Below, piece after piece: positions 51,724 to 64,000 of a stretch of 64,000 bases of DNA. A model generated the notes under the pieces. That model saw nothing but the letters and a program-made list of their open reading frames with translations. It was not told the DNA's origin and made no database searches. A program made the position numbers and the translations under genes. This DNA comes from Lytechinus pictus. Its lineage: Eukaryota. Location of the stretch: contig NW_026974140.1 in the NCBI RefSeq assembly GCF_037042905.1, positions 1,552,001 to 1,616,000 on the forward strand, given 5' to 3'. Position 1 is the stretch's first letter; each line of letters starts with the position of its first letter.

Positions 51724-52675
51724 TTTTTGTCTCACCTGCATAGCAGAGTGAGACTATAGGCGCGGCTTTTCCGACGGCGGCGGCGGCGTCAACACCAAAT
51801 CTTAACCTGAGGTTAAGTTTTTGAAATGACAGCATAACTTAGAAAGTATATGGACCTAGTTCATGAAACTTGGCCATAAGGTTAATCAAGTATTACTGAA
51901 CATCCTGCCTGAGTTTCATGTCACATGACCAAGGTCAAAGGTCATTTAGGGTCAATGAACTTAGACCATGTTGGGGGAATCAACATCAAAATCTTAACCT
52001 AAGGTTAAGTTTTTGAAATGTCATCATAACTTAGAAAATATATGGACCTAGTTCATGAAACTTATACATAAGGTTAATCAAGTATCACTGAACATCCTGC
52101 ATGAGTTTCACGTCACATGACCAAGGTCAAAGGTCATTTAGGGTCAATGAACTTTGGCCGAATTGGGGGTATCTGTTGAATTACCATCATAACTTTGAAA
52201 GTTTATGGATCTGATTCATGAAACTTGGACATAATAGTAATCAAGTATTACTGAACATCCTGTGCAAGTTTCAGGTCACATGATCAAGGTCAAAGGTCAT
52301 TTAGGGTCAATGAACTTTGGCCAAATTGGGGTATTTGTTGAATTACAGCCATAAATTTGAAAGTGTGTTGGTCTAGTTCATAAAACTTGGACATAATAGT
52401 AATCAAGTATCACTGAACATCCTGTGCGAGTTTCAGGTCACATGATCAAGGTCAAAGGTCATGTAAGGTCAAAGAACTTTGGCCACGTTGGGGGTATTTG
52501 TTGAATTGCCATCATATCTCTATAAGTGTATTGGTCTAGTTCATAAAACGTGGAAATAAGAGTAACCAAGTATCACTGAACATCTTGTGCGAGTTATAGT
52601 AGTTTTCAAAATCAGCACTGCTGCTATATTGAATCGCGTGATGCAGGTGAGACGGCCAGAGGCATTCCACTTGTT
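51724..52675 (+). mobile_element. Intact HINE family A copy
   Basis: Subterminal IR GTCTCACCTGCAT (51729-51741) / ATGCAGGTGAGAC (52641-52653); ~162-bp units. Confidence 0.85.
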
Positions 52676-55600
52676 GTTGTATATCAATCTGAGTCTAGAT
52701 TGAACACACTAGCGCAAGTTTTTGTGTATTTTTTTACCCTTTTTGGGCTTCTACTTTTGAGCTTGTTTTGCAGTCATACGTTGCTCGTATGGATGGAGAG
52801 CTCAATAGAGCTTCTCCCCCGTACCTCTCGCGTGCCTATTACCTTGCGTTGGTAATCCTTTGTGCTGGACTTGAAATTATTCTTGTTTGCCTTGAATTCT
52901 TTTTCTGCATCTTGTCTTGAATTAATTCTCGTTCTGATTTCTCCGTATTAAGGCAGAGTTGTCTTGCGTCGCCATTTTTATTATTATTGTTAGAAACTCT
53001 CGGTCTCTCTTCTGTAGAGTGACTATTGTTTTAACCCCCCTTTGTTTGCAATTAATTTATTTTGATTTTTTAAACTTTTAAATTAATCCATGTGATTGAT
53101 TTTTTATTTTGTTTCCTGTCTCAGACGGTCTCTATTTTTCTTCGTTTGGCTTCATGTCTTGTCCTTGGACCTTTGTTCTTCAAAGCTACCTATTTAATTA
53201 ATTAGCGATAATTATCTTGTCTTAATTAATTTCAAAAAAAAATTCAGGGCTTCATTGTCTCCGGACTCAATGTTTAAGAAGTTGGTCCTGTTTATTGATT
53301 ACCTGAATTATTAATATCATAATTAATAATTTCGGAAAGGGACCTTGTTTCCTCTACCTTTCTTGCCCACCCCCCTCTGCCCTTCCTCTGTTCTCGCCGC
53401 TCTTTTTGTTCTTTCAGGTTAAGAACTTACATGTACCAGGTAGATGAGCTCTTTCGACTAATCTGTTGATGACTCCAAGTCTGCCACTGGGAAAGAACCT
53501 AAATGGTATTTTTGTTCCCGAAATCAGCGGCGGTGAGTATGAGGGCAAGAGAGTACGACCCACTCAGTAGGGCTCTATAAAGAGTGGAACCGTGGTTTGC
53601 GTCCACGTGCCCTGAGAAAGAATGGTGGAACCGTGGAACCGTGGAGTCGCACCCACGTGCCCTGGCATTTAGGGTGGAACCTATTTTTGGGGAGTGTTGT
53701 ACTAGTAGAGAAAACCTCAACTCCTCCAGGGCTGTTTGACCCACTGGCTATCAGGTCCAACAAGTCTTGGTTTAGAGCATGGGACTCTTTTCCTGGCACA
53801 GACTAGGCTTGATGTTTGTCAGTCTCCATCAGGGAGCATCAGCAAAGGGCTACCAGTCCCTAGTCGCTAGAGACACGTGAGCTTGACCCGTCGAACTCAC
53901 GATAATCTGATCAGGGTGGAACCGTGGAATTGCATCCACACGCCCAAGAATGTGGAATCGCGTCCATGTGCTTGAACGGCTTGATCAGATTCGGGTGACA
54001 TTTCTCATGAGAGATATCACCTCCCCCCAGTCTCTTGTGCCCCCCCCCCCCCCTGCGGGGCCCGCAAAGAAGAGGAAGAAGATGAAAATCTAGGTTGTTA
54101 GCCCTGCTTCGCTGGCAGACTTTTCTTTTTGATTCTTAAACTGATGGCTATGCGTCATAACTTACATGTTACACCAGAACGCCTCCGAGCATCACAGATT
54201 TCTATCCTCATGCTCCCCGTCAGCTAAAACCGCCGTGTCAAGCGCCGGGCAGGTCAAGCAGACACTCGCCATCTCACACCTCGGAGAGTCGCCGGCTCAC
54301 TCACTTGCAAGGGAAATCCCTGCTTATACGCAGGTGTTACCGACATACAGGCGTCGCCCTCATTATGTCACCAGACTCCCGATAACTGACGGTCAGGTGT
54401 CACAACTCTAATGTTGCTTCACACACCCACGAGCAGTGCGGGTTAGTTCCTCCATGTTCCCTGTCAGCTTCAGCCACCGTGCCAAGCACCAGGCGGTTCA
54501 AGCAGACACCTGCCATCTCCGGCCGATCCTTTATTGACTCGCTGGCCCGCTCACCTGCACAAGTGACCTCCGTTACTATGGAGGTGCTTCTGACATACGG
54601 CTCTCAGCCCCAACATGTCGGCAAGCTCTCGGTAACCGATTGCTGGGCGTTGCATCCTTACAGGTTGCATCAATTTACGTCCCTGAGCATGATTGGTCCT
54701 TTTCCTCATGTTCTCCGTCATTTTAGACCGCTGCTACATGACGACCGGGCTTATCAGCAGTGTCACGCCAGCCACTGGCTTTTTCTATGAAATTGCCAGC
54801 CCGTTCACCTGCACGGGTGATCTCTCGCAATGTACAGGTGCTACTGACATGTGGGTCTCATCCCCAGCAAGTCGGCAAGCCCCCGATTTTCGCGTGTTGG
54901 ACATTGCGACCGCTTTTGTTGCTTTACCACGCCTGTGAGCAGAGCGGGCTTGTACCCCCATGCTTTCTATCAGTCTAATCGCTGGTGTCGGGCATTGAGT
55001 GGATTGAGATTTCTCTTGCCAGCCTGCACACTGGGGAGCCGTCGGCGATTCATCTGAATCTCCGGTCTGCTCACCTGCATAGATATCGCCAATTAATATG
55101 CAGGTGCTTGCGATTTTCTGGATTCGCCCCAGTCTACATCGAGCTCTCGAGTCTCGCCGGGCATTGATCATGGCGACGGCTCTTTCAGCGGTAACTCCCT
55201 CTAAGCTAGTCCCGGGCGGGCCCATTGATTTGAGGTAAGAATTTCTTACATACCGCATGAGATCCTTCTCTCGTGAGAATTTTGGGCTGCTTTCGAGAGG
55301 GCAACCTATCACGCCTGCGAACCCCCCCCCCCTGCCCAGGCGACTAGACCATCAGCTTTTGGCTTGAACCTCACTTTCTATATGGAAGTTGCGGCAGAGG
55401 CAGAAGTGGGCAGTTCGCCGCCAGACTGTCGGCTGAGCTCAAACAGCCTATCTGATAGACTGCCTTTTATGTGGATCAAGCTTGCAGGCATCTCCGTCGC
55501 TTCCTATTTGTGTGGGAGTGAGTTATGGTTAACGCATTCACCGTGCCCGTCGGGTGAGTTGTCTTATTTTAGAAGCTTGTCCACTCGGCACACCTGAGTC

Positions 55601-56251
55601 GCCTCGCAGGCCGCCTTCATCCTCCATCAATGCTACGATTGTGGCTATGGCCGCTGCCCGACCAGGGAGGATGGGATCGTGGAGATAATCAGGTTTTTTA
55701 TATCTATACTCCGATTTATTTTTTATATCTATACTGTGACCCGCTATCTCTCGGGCCAACTGTGGATGAGTCCCTCCATGAAAGTGATTCACTTACCGGA
55801 GCTCTTCTTTTTAGAAGTTTAGATTCTCATCCCCTGTTGCTTGAGGCGTCAGTTTTGCTGCCCCCCGCGACTTTCGAAACACTTAATCTTTACTGTTATT
55901 GGACTTTTCCATTCATTCCACGACTGGCGCCGGGGTTGTTCACTCTTGAGATTACCATGATGGCAACCTACTGAAGTTACCAAGCCTCGTGGCTGTTTTT
56001 TTTTTTAAACAACTGTGTGCTCGTCGCGGACTTTGGGAAATATTGGTGTTTATTTTCCTCACGCCATACTACTCCTTCGCTCGTTTTTTCCGGCGAGGAC
56101 ATAGACACTCTTATCCAGTTTCCCGTCCCTAACCTTGATAGGACAGGGCCGTTTATTACCTCGCTCGATCCCGTAGGGAACGTAACTGTTGAGGTCTTGT
56201 GTCTGGCGACGACTGTTGGTTCACATGGTCTTCTTGACCGATATCTCTTAA

Positions 56252-56949
56252 CCCTAAATAGACTGGGGGGGGGGCTGATTCAGCCCCCCCCCCCTATGAT
56301 CTCGGCCGTCGACCGCGCGATCGCGACGAAAATTGGCACATTACCCATGGCATAATCTCCAAGACTGTAGGATCAAATTTTCCGAAAAATCTCATAATTC
56401 ATTAATTATGCTAAATTATGCGTAAAATCAAAGATTTGCTCTAATTAAGTAAATAAGGCCTCAAAACTGCTAATTTTTTATTAACAGACTCTTTGAAGGA
56501 TTTTGATCAAATGTACTTTAAAAAAAATTCAATATCACAATTCTTTTCTTATGTATTTCTTTGTTTTTCGACTTTTTGTTTTTTATTGTTTTTTCAATGG
56601 AAATCGTCCGCTACTTTATTCTGAACATAAACAAGATGAAATTAAATGAGTTTGATTAGTAAAATTGAAAATAATGATACATTTATGAATTTTGGCTAAA
56701 AGCACAATTTGCATTGGATTTGTACACAAATTCACGTTTTTGAGCAATTGCGGGTCGACATGCACTTACAAAATGTTGTGTAATTTCGGAACCACGTACC
56801 CGGGCGTCGCAAAATTTGGTCTAAAAAGTTGCGCAAGACTTGAAAGAAGAAAGTCATGGAACGGCGCGGCGCCAGCTATTCGCGTTACAGATTAATCGCG
56901 AAAAATGTTGAGGGGGGCTGAATCAGCCCCCCCCCCAGTCTTTTTAGGG
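56252..56949. mobile_element. piggyBac-like MITE
   Basis: TTAA TSD (56248-56251, 56950-56953); ~38-bp TIR CCCTAAAWAGACTG(G)nCTGATTCAGCCCCCC. Confidence 0.88.
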
Positions 56950-59900
56950 TTAAATGTCGTTTTCACATGATGCAATGACAGAGGCATTTTTTGCCAGCTC
57001 ATCTCTGGCATACACTCACTGCGGCTAGGGATTCCCCCGTCCGGCGACATCCATCGCAGCCTAGCCTTATGGGCCCACACGCCATGGGGATTCGGGTCAA
57101 GCCACCTCACACCTCTCCCTCTTCTGCCGCGGATGCTGCTCCCTCGGGCGGGTGCAATCTTAGTACAGGAGAGATGGGATCCGGGGTCGATTCTCGACCG
57201 CTCGCTCTATCACACATGTATATATTGAGATGCGAGCCATGTCTTATCTCCCTGACACTTCCAGTTGAGCTGTTTGACCAGACTGTACTATTCCGCATAG
57301 ACAGCAGGTCCTTTGCTGTTATCTTATAGTGGCAGCATGGCACTCGGTCGTTTTTTCTTGACACGTTGACTGCCTTCCGAGTGGTTTTCTTCAACCTCTA
57401 CTCTCTGTCGTTCCAAGTTCTTATTGGGCCACTGGAAACAGCCTGCCACAGCCCTTTATCAGAATCTGTAGGTGGTCTGTTCTCACGCATATGAGATAGA
57501 GAGCGGCTTCTGGGCGCCTGGGGGGGTGGGGCATCTGAGATGTCTCGCATTCCTTTAAGTTTGTGTTGATACGGCTTGGCTTAATTTATCCGTAAGCCGG
57601 TAAGTCTTGACTTTGGGCTTATATTAGCCCCGTCTTTGCCTTCTCGGATTGATTTAGCGATCGTCTACTGAGTGTTACAAGATTCAATCCTTCTGATCGC
57701 GATTCTTGTTGGATTTTTCGACAAAGTCGGATTGTTTTTTGATCATCGGCGAGTACCATTCCATCGGTTCCGGATGATTTAATACCCCCAATCCGATTCT
57801 TACAAGACTTTGAGTTTTTCTTCTCAAATGTCGAGCTTTTATGGGGCTAGTCCGTCATGGTACCTGTCGGTCGTTCTTGACACTTGACTAACTCCTTCTT
57901 GAGTCGGTATTTAGGGCATTTTTCATCTGTTTATCAGTCGAGATCTACTCTTTTTTCCATTTATCTGTAACCATATGCGTAGCTTTGCATACTCCCGGAC
58001 ATTTGACAGGATTGGCGTAGATCACGCGTTACTCCCACGTAATGTTGTAACCCGCAAGTGAAAACCCGAACCGTACCGTCCCGTATAATCCAATAATTTG
58101 CAAGCGGGACCCGCTGACCCGTCGGGTTTTAACCCGCAAGTCAATTTATCTTTGAAAAATGAAAAATATTATTTCTGCAATCCCCACACTATACAGGCTC
58201 AAATCAGGAAAATATATGCCAACTACTAACCTAGCCTAGAGTGAATTTACTTACAATTTGCAAATTCGCCTTTTATTCCGGAGAGAAAATGTTTCTTTAG
58301 GTGACTTTGTACCACGAAATGGGTCCGCTCTGATCTCGAAATTGAAAGCATTACGCAATTAACTCCTCTGATTGGAGCCGCTGCTCAGCGCGCGCTAGCT
58401 AGCCCAGGCTGCCCAGCAAAGATCGGCAATGTTGTTTTTCAGTCCAGGTCGGTCGACACGGCGACTCACAACAATCATAATTACAATATTCAATTCTATG
58501 GGACCTCGTCTGTAAAGTAATCAAATTGAAATAAATACCAGGATAATGATACAGTCAATTTTTTCTTCATGTATATCTCCATATTATTTCCTTCTGTTTT
58601 TGTATTTCTTCCAATTCTTTGTAAACTAATACAAACGTGCACGAGGGCGCCCATGAACTTACGTAAACAGCTCGTGTTACTAGTGCTTAGCTAGCTTAGC
58701 TAGTCTTTTATTTATTTTTTATCTCTCTCGATCGATAGGTCAAGAGAGAGGTATTTGCAAGTAACTTGCAATCCAATTTTACATCTTCAGAAATCTTAAA
58801 GACTTTCAATCAATTGTACATCGGAAAAATTAAGAGATCTGGGCATTCAGGGTGCGGGGGCTTCAGTTTTCATCAGAAAATGTATGAAATAACGAAAAGG
58901 AGGGTTAGTTAGCCTCTAGACTAGACCAGCTTAGCATGTCTTCAAAAAAATTACAAAAAAGGGCAGCTAACACTCTGACCTGACGGCACGCTCTATCAGT
59001 ATCAGGTCATGACCTAATTTGGTAATCCAATAAGCAAACAACTGTCTCACTGCCGTGCACCGCAAATCCCTCGAGCTCAAACAGCGAGCGTTGCCGTGGA
59101 AACGGGCTAGACTCGCCCCACTCGTACTCCAAGTCATAAAGCAGTCCTTTCTCTACCACGTGGCCTATCACTCGCTCCTTGCCAGACATGATTACGCAAT
59201 GTATTCTGGCTTCTGTCTACATTCTCCGAACACATCCCCTCCCCTCTCTCTCTCTCTCTCTCTCCCCCTCTCCCAGACGTAAAACATTCCTTTCTCTGAC
59301 TGCGCTGCACTGGCGCTCCTTTGAAAGAGCAACTCGATGTATTTTATGTCGAACTGTCTCAGTCCTGTTCACTGTTCACAAGACAAAAATACGCCGGCAT
59401 TTTTTAAAAGGAAATATCTACGTCTCTAAAAGAATCCGCCACGTAAGAAGCACATGATCCTTACTCAATTTTCATTGTTAATGTTTTTATTATGCGTCGT
59501 TACTTCTCCCTTTTTTTGGTATGACGGTCTGCGGGTTTGAGAATGAACTCGGCCCGGCCCGATAAAGGAAAACACACTGATGGGCTTACACAAATGAACA
59601 AGTCATCTCTGTCCAAGCAGGGAACTGTCCTTGGCAAAATCGTCACCCCAATCCAATCCGAAACACATAGGGTGAAAAATTTGCATACTGCGAACAAACA
59701 TCTCACCAAACCTTGTACAACTGTAATTACCAGTAAAAGTAAATGGAACATTAAGTTCGCGCTTTGTGCTCGCATCAATTGTTCTTTTAGATACCCATCT
59801 TGATCATAGGTACCAAAAATGCTTAAGTCTAGATATCAAGCTTTCAGATCAGAATTTAAAGAAATATCAGCTCGCGCTTGCTTTATCTATTTGATGAGAT

Positions 59901-60897
59901 ACGCCTCATGAGTCACTAACAATCTGAAACAGGTACTCTTCCTGTTTTTAGGTCAGTATATTACAAATTTTAGCTTCTGCCTTCTGCTCGCAGTAATTGT
60001 TTACTTAGATACGCATATACAAAAATTACTATGAGAGCTAAAATTATTGTTCAGGTGTGAATGCATACAATATTTAAAAAAATTGATCTTGCCCTCGCAT
60101 TATTTGTTTAAGCAGCTGATCGGGGAAAATGTAAGGAAATTCCCCCCCCCCCCCCCCCCCCCCCGCATTGGGGTAAGCTGGATCAGCCCCGGGAGGTAAA
60201 GGAACTGATCATGAACTACAAACTTAAGGGTTCACTCTTTCTTTTTTTTAATTCGAAACCCCCTCATAGAAAATCATGACTTCGGCCCTGATATGAACGA
60301 ACACACTACACCCATACAGTATATGAGCATCCCTCATGCAACAGACACACACATATGCCTACTGTTTGGTGGATTTGAATTGAAATGCATTCCATTTTTA
60401 AATTTCACATGGATTATGATAAAAAGAACATTTAATTTTAAGCTGTTATAATTTTCATCGTCATTAACATTGTCAACACTAGGCGTAATGATCAATAACA
60501 TTTTATAAACATTTATATTCTTTATTACCATTTTTATTATGATCATCGGTTGGACAATTACATGTATGATCATCATTATTATTTTTATTCTTATTACCAG
60601 CAGAAGCTGTTATTAAAAATGACATCCCTTCCAATACAAATCCTATTTTCTGGAGGTTACTCGCACGCGACCAACAAACTTAATCCCCTGCATCCTTAAG
60701 CCATTTTCTTAGGCAGCAATTGCTCAGATAAAATCAAAATTAAGCCTATGCTTGATCCGGGCGCCTATTCTTAATGCAATACATGCTTTGGTCACAACAC
60801 ACACATGTATCATCGATCGTTATTACTATTATTGCATAATATCGTTTTATCTTGTAATGACAACACCGTTTTTGTTACCAAAATGAATTACTTTGAT

Positions 60898-61213
60898 TTT
60901 CGTAAATACGAACCTTATTTCGTTTTCGGACTAACGAACCTTCGGAATTACGAACCTCATTTCGTTTTCGGATTGACGAACCTTCGGAATAACGAACCTC
61001 ATTTCATTTTCGGATTGACGAACCTTCGGAATTACAAACCTGACGAACCTTCGGAATTACGAACCTCATTTCGTTTTCGGATTGACGAACCTTCGGAATT
61101 ACAAACCTTATTTCGTTTTCGGATTAACGAACCTTCGGATTTACGAACTTTCAGAATTACGAACGTTCGGAATAACCGAACCTTCGGAATAACGAAGCTT
61201 CGGAATTACGAAT
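60898..61213. repeat. Minisatellite: 42-bp units that include a 16-bp ACGAACCTTCGGAATT motif
   Basis: TTACGAACCTCATTTCGTTTTCGGATTGACGAACCTTCGGAA repeated about 5 times, then 16-bp units. Confidence 0.85.
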
Positions 61214-61707
61214 GTATGCGATTCATAACAACACCATCACAAACAATTAAAAATCACTCAACCATAAAACATTATTAATCATAAACACCATGACATTGTT
61301 TATGGTGAACGCTCAACATTATATATCAGACTGTACAGTATACAGAAAATCATTTAATACAAAAAAACCTGCAAAGGAACATAATGAAATATTCTGACAT
61401 AAAATTAGTTACATGGCACCAAGTTAATTTCCCTGATTGAACACAAATATACCTGCAAATAAATATAACAAAAATAAAGCCATATAGAATCAATCGTGTT
61501 AATATTCATATATCTGTTAACACAGGAAATAGAGTCAGTCCTGCATGGCATTCCTACAAGTCTGCTTGCTCCTCACAATCATCTGGTAGAATTGGGAGTC
61601 CAATCACAGTAAAAACATTATGTTCACATCTGCAATGGTCACTATCCATCACATAGAGGTATGTCCCTGTTATTATCCTTTGGGAAGCTAGCCGAGCGGA
61701 AATGGAC

Positions 61708-64000
61708 TTAAGTAACAAATGTCTCTGTACCACTGATAGCCAGGCGATGGCCTAAACCATGAAGCTCTTCCACTAGGAGAGACAGACCAGCAGAACCATG
61801 CCCTGGGTTAGCATGGGGCCGGTCTGATGGACGAGTGCGACAACCTCCAGGGACCAGTGCAGACAGACCAGCAGGACCATGCCAGAGATGCCAACCGTTA
61901 CGGATTCGCCGTATTTGTTCCGATTTTATTCCTCCAATTACGGTGTTACGGCAACAATAAAAAGGTTACGGAAAAAACAACTACAATACATGTGTATTGT
62001 GTATTGCTTTGCTGTGCATGTGTATATATGCGTGTATTGTGTATTGTGCATGTATATGCGTGTATTGTGTATACATGTATCGTGCATGCAGCGTGTGTGT
62101 GGCCAACGGTAAACCAACGGGAGTTTCTCTACTGAGATTTCTATTGCAAGCGCCTCTGCTCGCTGCTGCTGAATACACAGCGAAGTGCGGAGTGCAAGCC
62201 GCGGTTCATGCATGCACAATGTCAATGGCGATTGGGTGGTTGAGCGTATAAACGATGCTACTTCGCGGGATGTTCCTGAGAAACTCCCATTTGTTCCTGA
62301 CAAATATGGTAAATATTCCTGACAACCATCCCTTTAGGTTGGCATCTCTGCCATGCCCTTGACTAGCATGGGGCTGATCCGGCGGACGAGCATGACGACA
62401 TCCCTCAGGGACAGACAGATCAGCAGGACCATGCCCTGGACTAGCATGGGGTTGACCTGGCGGACGAGCCTGTCTACATCCTTCAGGGGTGGACGACCGA
62501 AAGTTCTGCGAGATCAACCCATCCACGACACATGGTACCCGCGCCAGATGGATAGCTGGCGCAGTAGAGCTACTGCTGCTGACGTTAGCCGGGCACAGAG
62601 GCATAGCGGTTAACCCGGTGTTTGCTCTGTGGCTGTTACTCGTGTCGACGGGTAACACCAAATCGGCCGATGGTGTAACGGACACGGTATCAACACTTCC
62701 GGGAGTGTCAAACCTTCGATCACGAGGCAGCACGGTACCTCCACGGTCAATGAAACTGTTGCTACCAATGCAGCAATCCAGTAGCATATCAGGCGACATG
62801 TTAGGCAAAGTCAGGTTAGGCAATACCATCACGTCAGGCAAAGTCACGTTCGGCAAAATTGTCACATCAGGCAAAGTCAATGTAGGCGAAACTGTCACAT
62901 CAGACAAAGTCAAGGTGCATGTAGGTGGAACTGTCACATCAGGCAAAGTGAAGTTAGACAAAACTGTCACATCAGACAGAGAGCAAGAACCATAGTTCAG
63001 ACTAGGATCCAAATCAAGGGACTTTGTGAAACTGTAGATCACATTGGATTGGCAACAATCCCAAATTACCAAAGACTGAAAATCATCGGCAGAAAGTGGA
63101 GAGCAACTCGATCCACTCTGAGTAGTAAAGGTAACATTGCCATGCCAACAATCAATGCAATGGAGTGTAGAAGTTCTGAAATCACTGACAAGTGAACCCG
63201 GAGGAAAACATGAACTGCTTTCATGATTGTTTGTAACTGTACACTCTTGGAACAATGAGGGCTCTCTGGCCTTGGTATCATGACCAGTTACTTCACTGAT
63301 ATTAAATACTACATCATCTTTATTTGTTTCATTTGCATCTGTTATGTGATCAATAAGCACATAATCTCCATAAGTTTTATAACTGCACCAACATAAGCTT
63401 CATATCCATATTCCTCATTACATTGTTTCACATCACCTTGGTCACTTTCATACATCAGACTGTCACTAGCTGCATACTCAACCTTTTCATTCCATCCTTT
63501 CATGTCAGCACTGTTTGTTACATTTACCTCATCATCACTAGTCATGTATCCATCATCAGCATTACATTGTTTCACATCAACTATGTTAGAGTCATGACCC
63601 CCACCATCACTACTCTCGTATCCATCATCTACATTGCATGGTTTCATTTCACCTTTGTTAGTTTCAAGCACCTCACCATCACTAGTCGCATCTCTTCGGT
63701 CTTTATTCCGAGACGTACAATCGTTACTTTTATATTCATTCATCTCACTATCACTTGCCTCATATTCATCATCATCTTTGTGTATGTAAGTGTTTACTGG
63801 TGTGACCGTGATCCCTAATGTAACATGATTATCAATTCCATGACTAACATCCATTGTACTCTCATTTTTCTCACATTCCCGATCATTTAAAATGTAATTC
63901 GTAATTGAATATATGCCAGCGAGATCAACATCACGAAAACATGGCGGAGGTGCTTGAGATGACGAACCATAGCAGAAAGTTGCACTATCACCAAACATGA
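61708..64000 (-). pseudogene. Long repeat-rich ORF of unknown (probably retroelement) origin, with one frameshift and one MITE insertion; start lies outside the window
   Basis: Overlapping ORFs 63342-63998 and 62206-63360; removing the MITE extends the frame to TAA at 61708-61710; three kinds of peptide repeat. Confidence 0.5.
61883..62350. mobile_element. hAT-like MITE with 6-bp TSD
   Basis: Perfect 14-bp TIR CAGAGATGCCAACC / GGTTGGCATCTCTG; TSD CCATGC at 61877-61882 and 62351-62356. Confidence 0.88.

Larger units (their letters stand above)
51450..57950 (+). mobile_element. Heavily decayed DIRS-like retrotransposon, boundaries approximate
   Basis: GC-richer tract; RNase H relic ADAAPSGG..SG....HMYIL..QTVLFRIDS....QHGTRS (about 57120-57350) resembles TDAS..GWG..SG.W..HIN.LE..VL.R.DN..QGGTRS; RT N-terminus-like relic at 56017-56210. 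Confidence 0.55.

Noticed and set aside
53418..53440. Possible further exon after the strong acceptor TCTTTTTGTTCTTTCAG
   Set aside because: Lies in the DIRS-like relic; the phase-1 frame needed after exon h hits TAA immediately
58040..59560. CpG-rich tract with AACCCGCAAG repeats and a CCAAT box: promoter or DNA transposon
   Set aside because: No matching right TIR or TSD and no associated exon could be identified
60898..61213. CRISPR-like array and the 157-aa ORF 60805-61278
   Set aside because: Units are contiguous without unique spacers, context is eukaryotic, no cas genes; the ORF merely reads through the 42-bp repeat
62489..62995. 168-aa plus-strand ORF
   Set aside because: Antisense shadow of the 33-bp repeats in the longer minus-strand ORF

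Overview
AT-rich animal genomic DNA; the repeat repertoire suggests a marine invertebrate, probably a sea urchin (inference only). Eight + strand coding exons (15682-51011, 1110 bp, all GT-AG, phases compatible) encode the C-terminal part of a divergent Sema domain. It is followed directly by a ~92 aa N-glycosylation-rich domain with no recognisable PSI domain. Most other sequence is nested transposable elements. These include a full-length L1/Tx1 LINE with a 16-bp TSD whose ORF2 is restored by removing one DNA transposon, a Deu/Nin-type tRNA SINE with an R4/Dong-like RLE LINE in its (TAT)n tail, and a Gmr1-type Gypsy element (PR-IN-RT-RH order) with mosaic LTRs. There are also seven Helentron/HINE-like tandem-repeat elements, a 5.3-kb foldback palindrome, many MITEs (TTAA and 3/4/6/7/8-bp TSDs), a decayed DIRS element, and a decayed repeat-rich minus-strand ORF at the right edge. 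The most striking fine-scale signal is recurrent 5-6 bp insertions at TA sites (TA-CATG-TA, TA-CAG-TA, TA-CGG-TA, TA-CCGG-TA). They are visible by comparing sibling repeat copies and look like Tc1/mariner/pogo excision footprints. All family assignments come from motifs, termini and TSDs read by eye; no database search was run.
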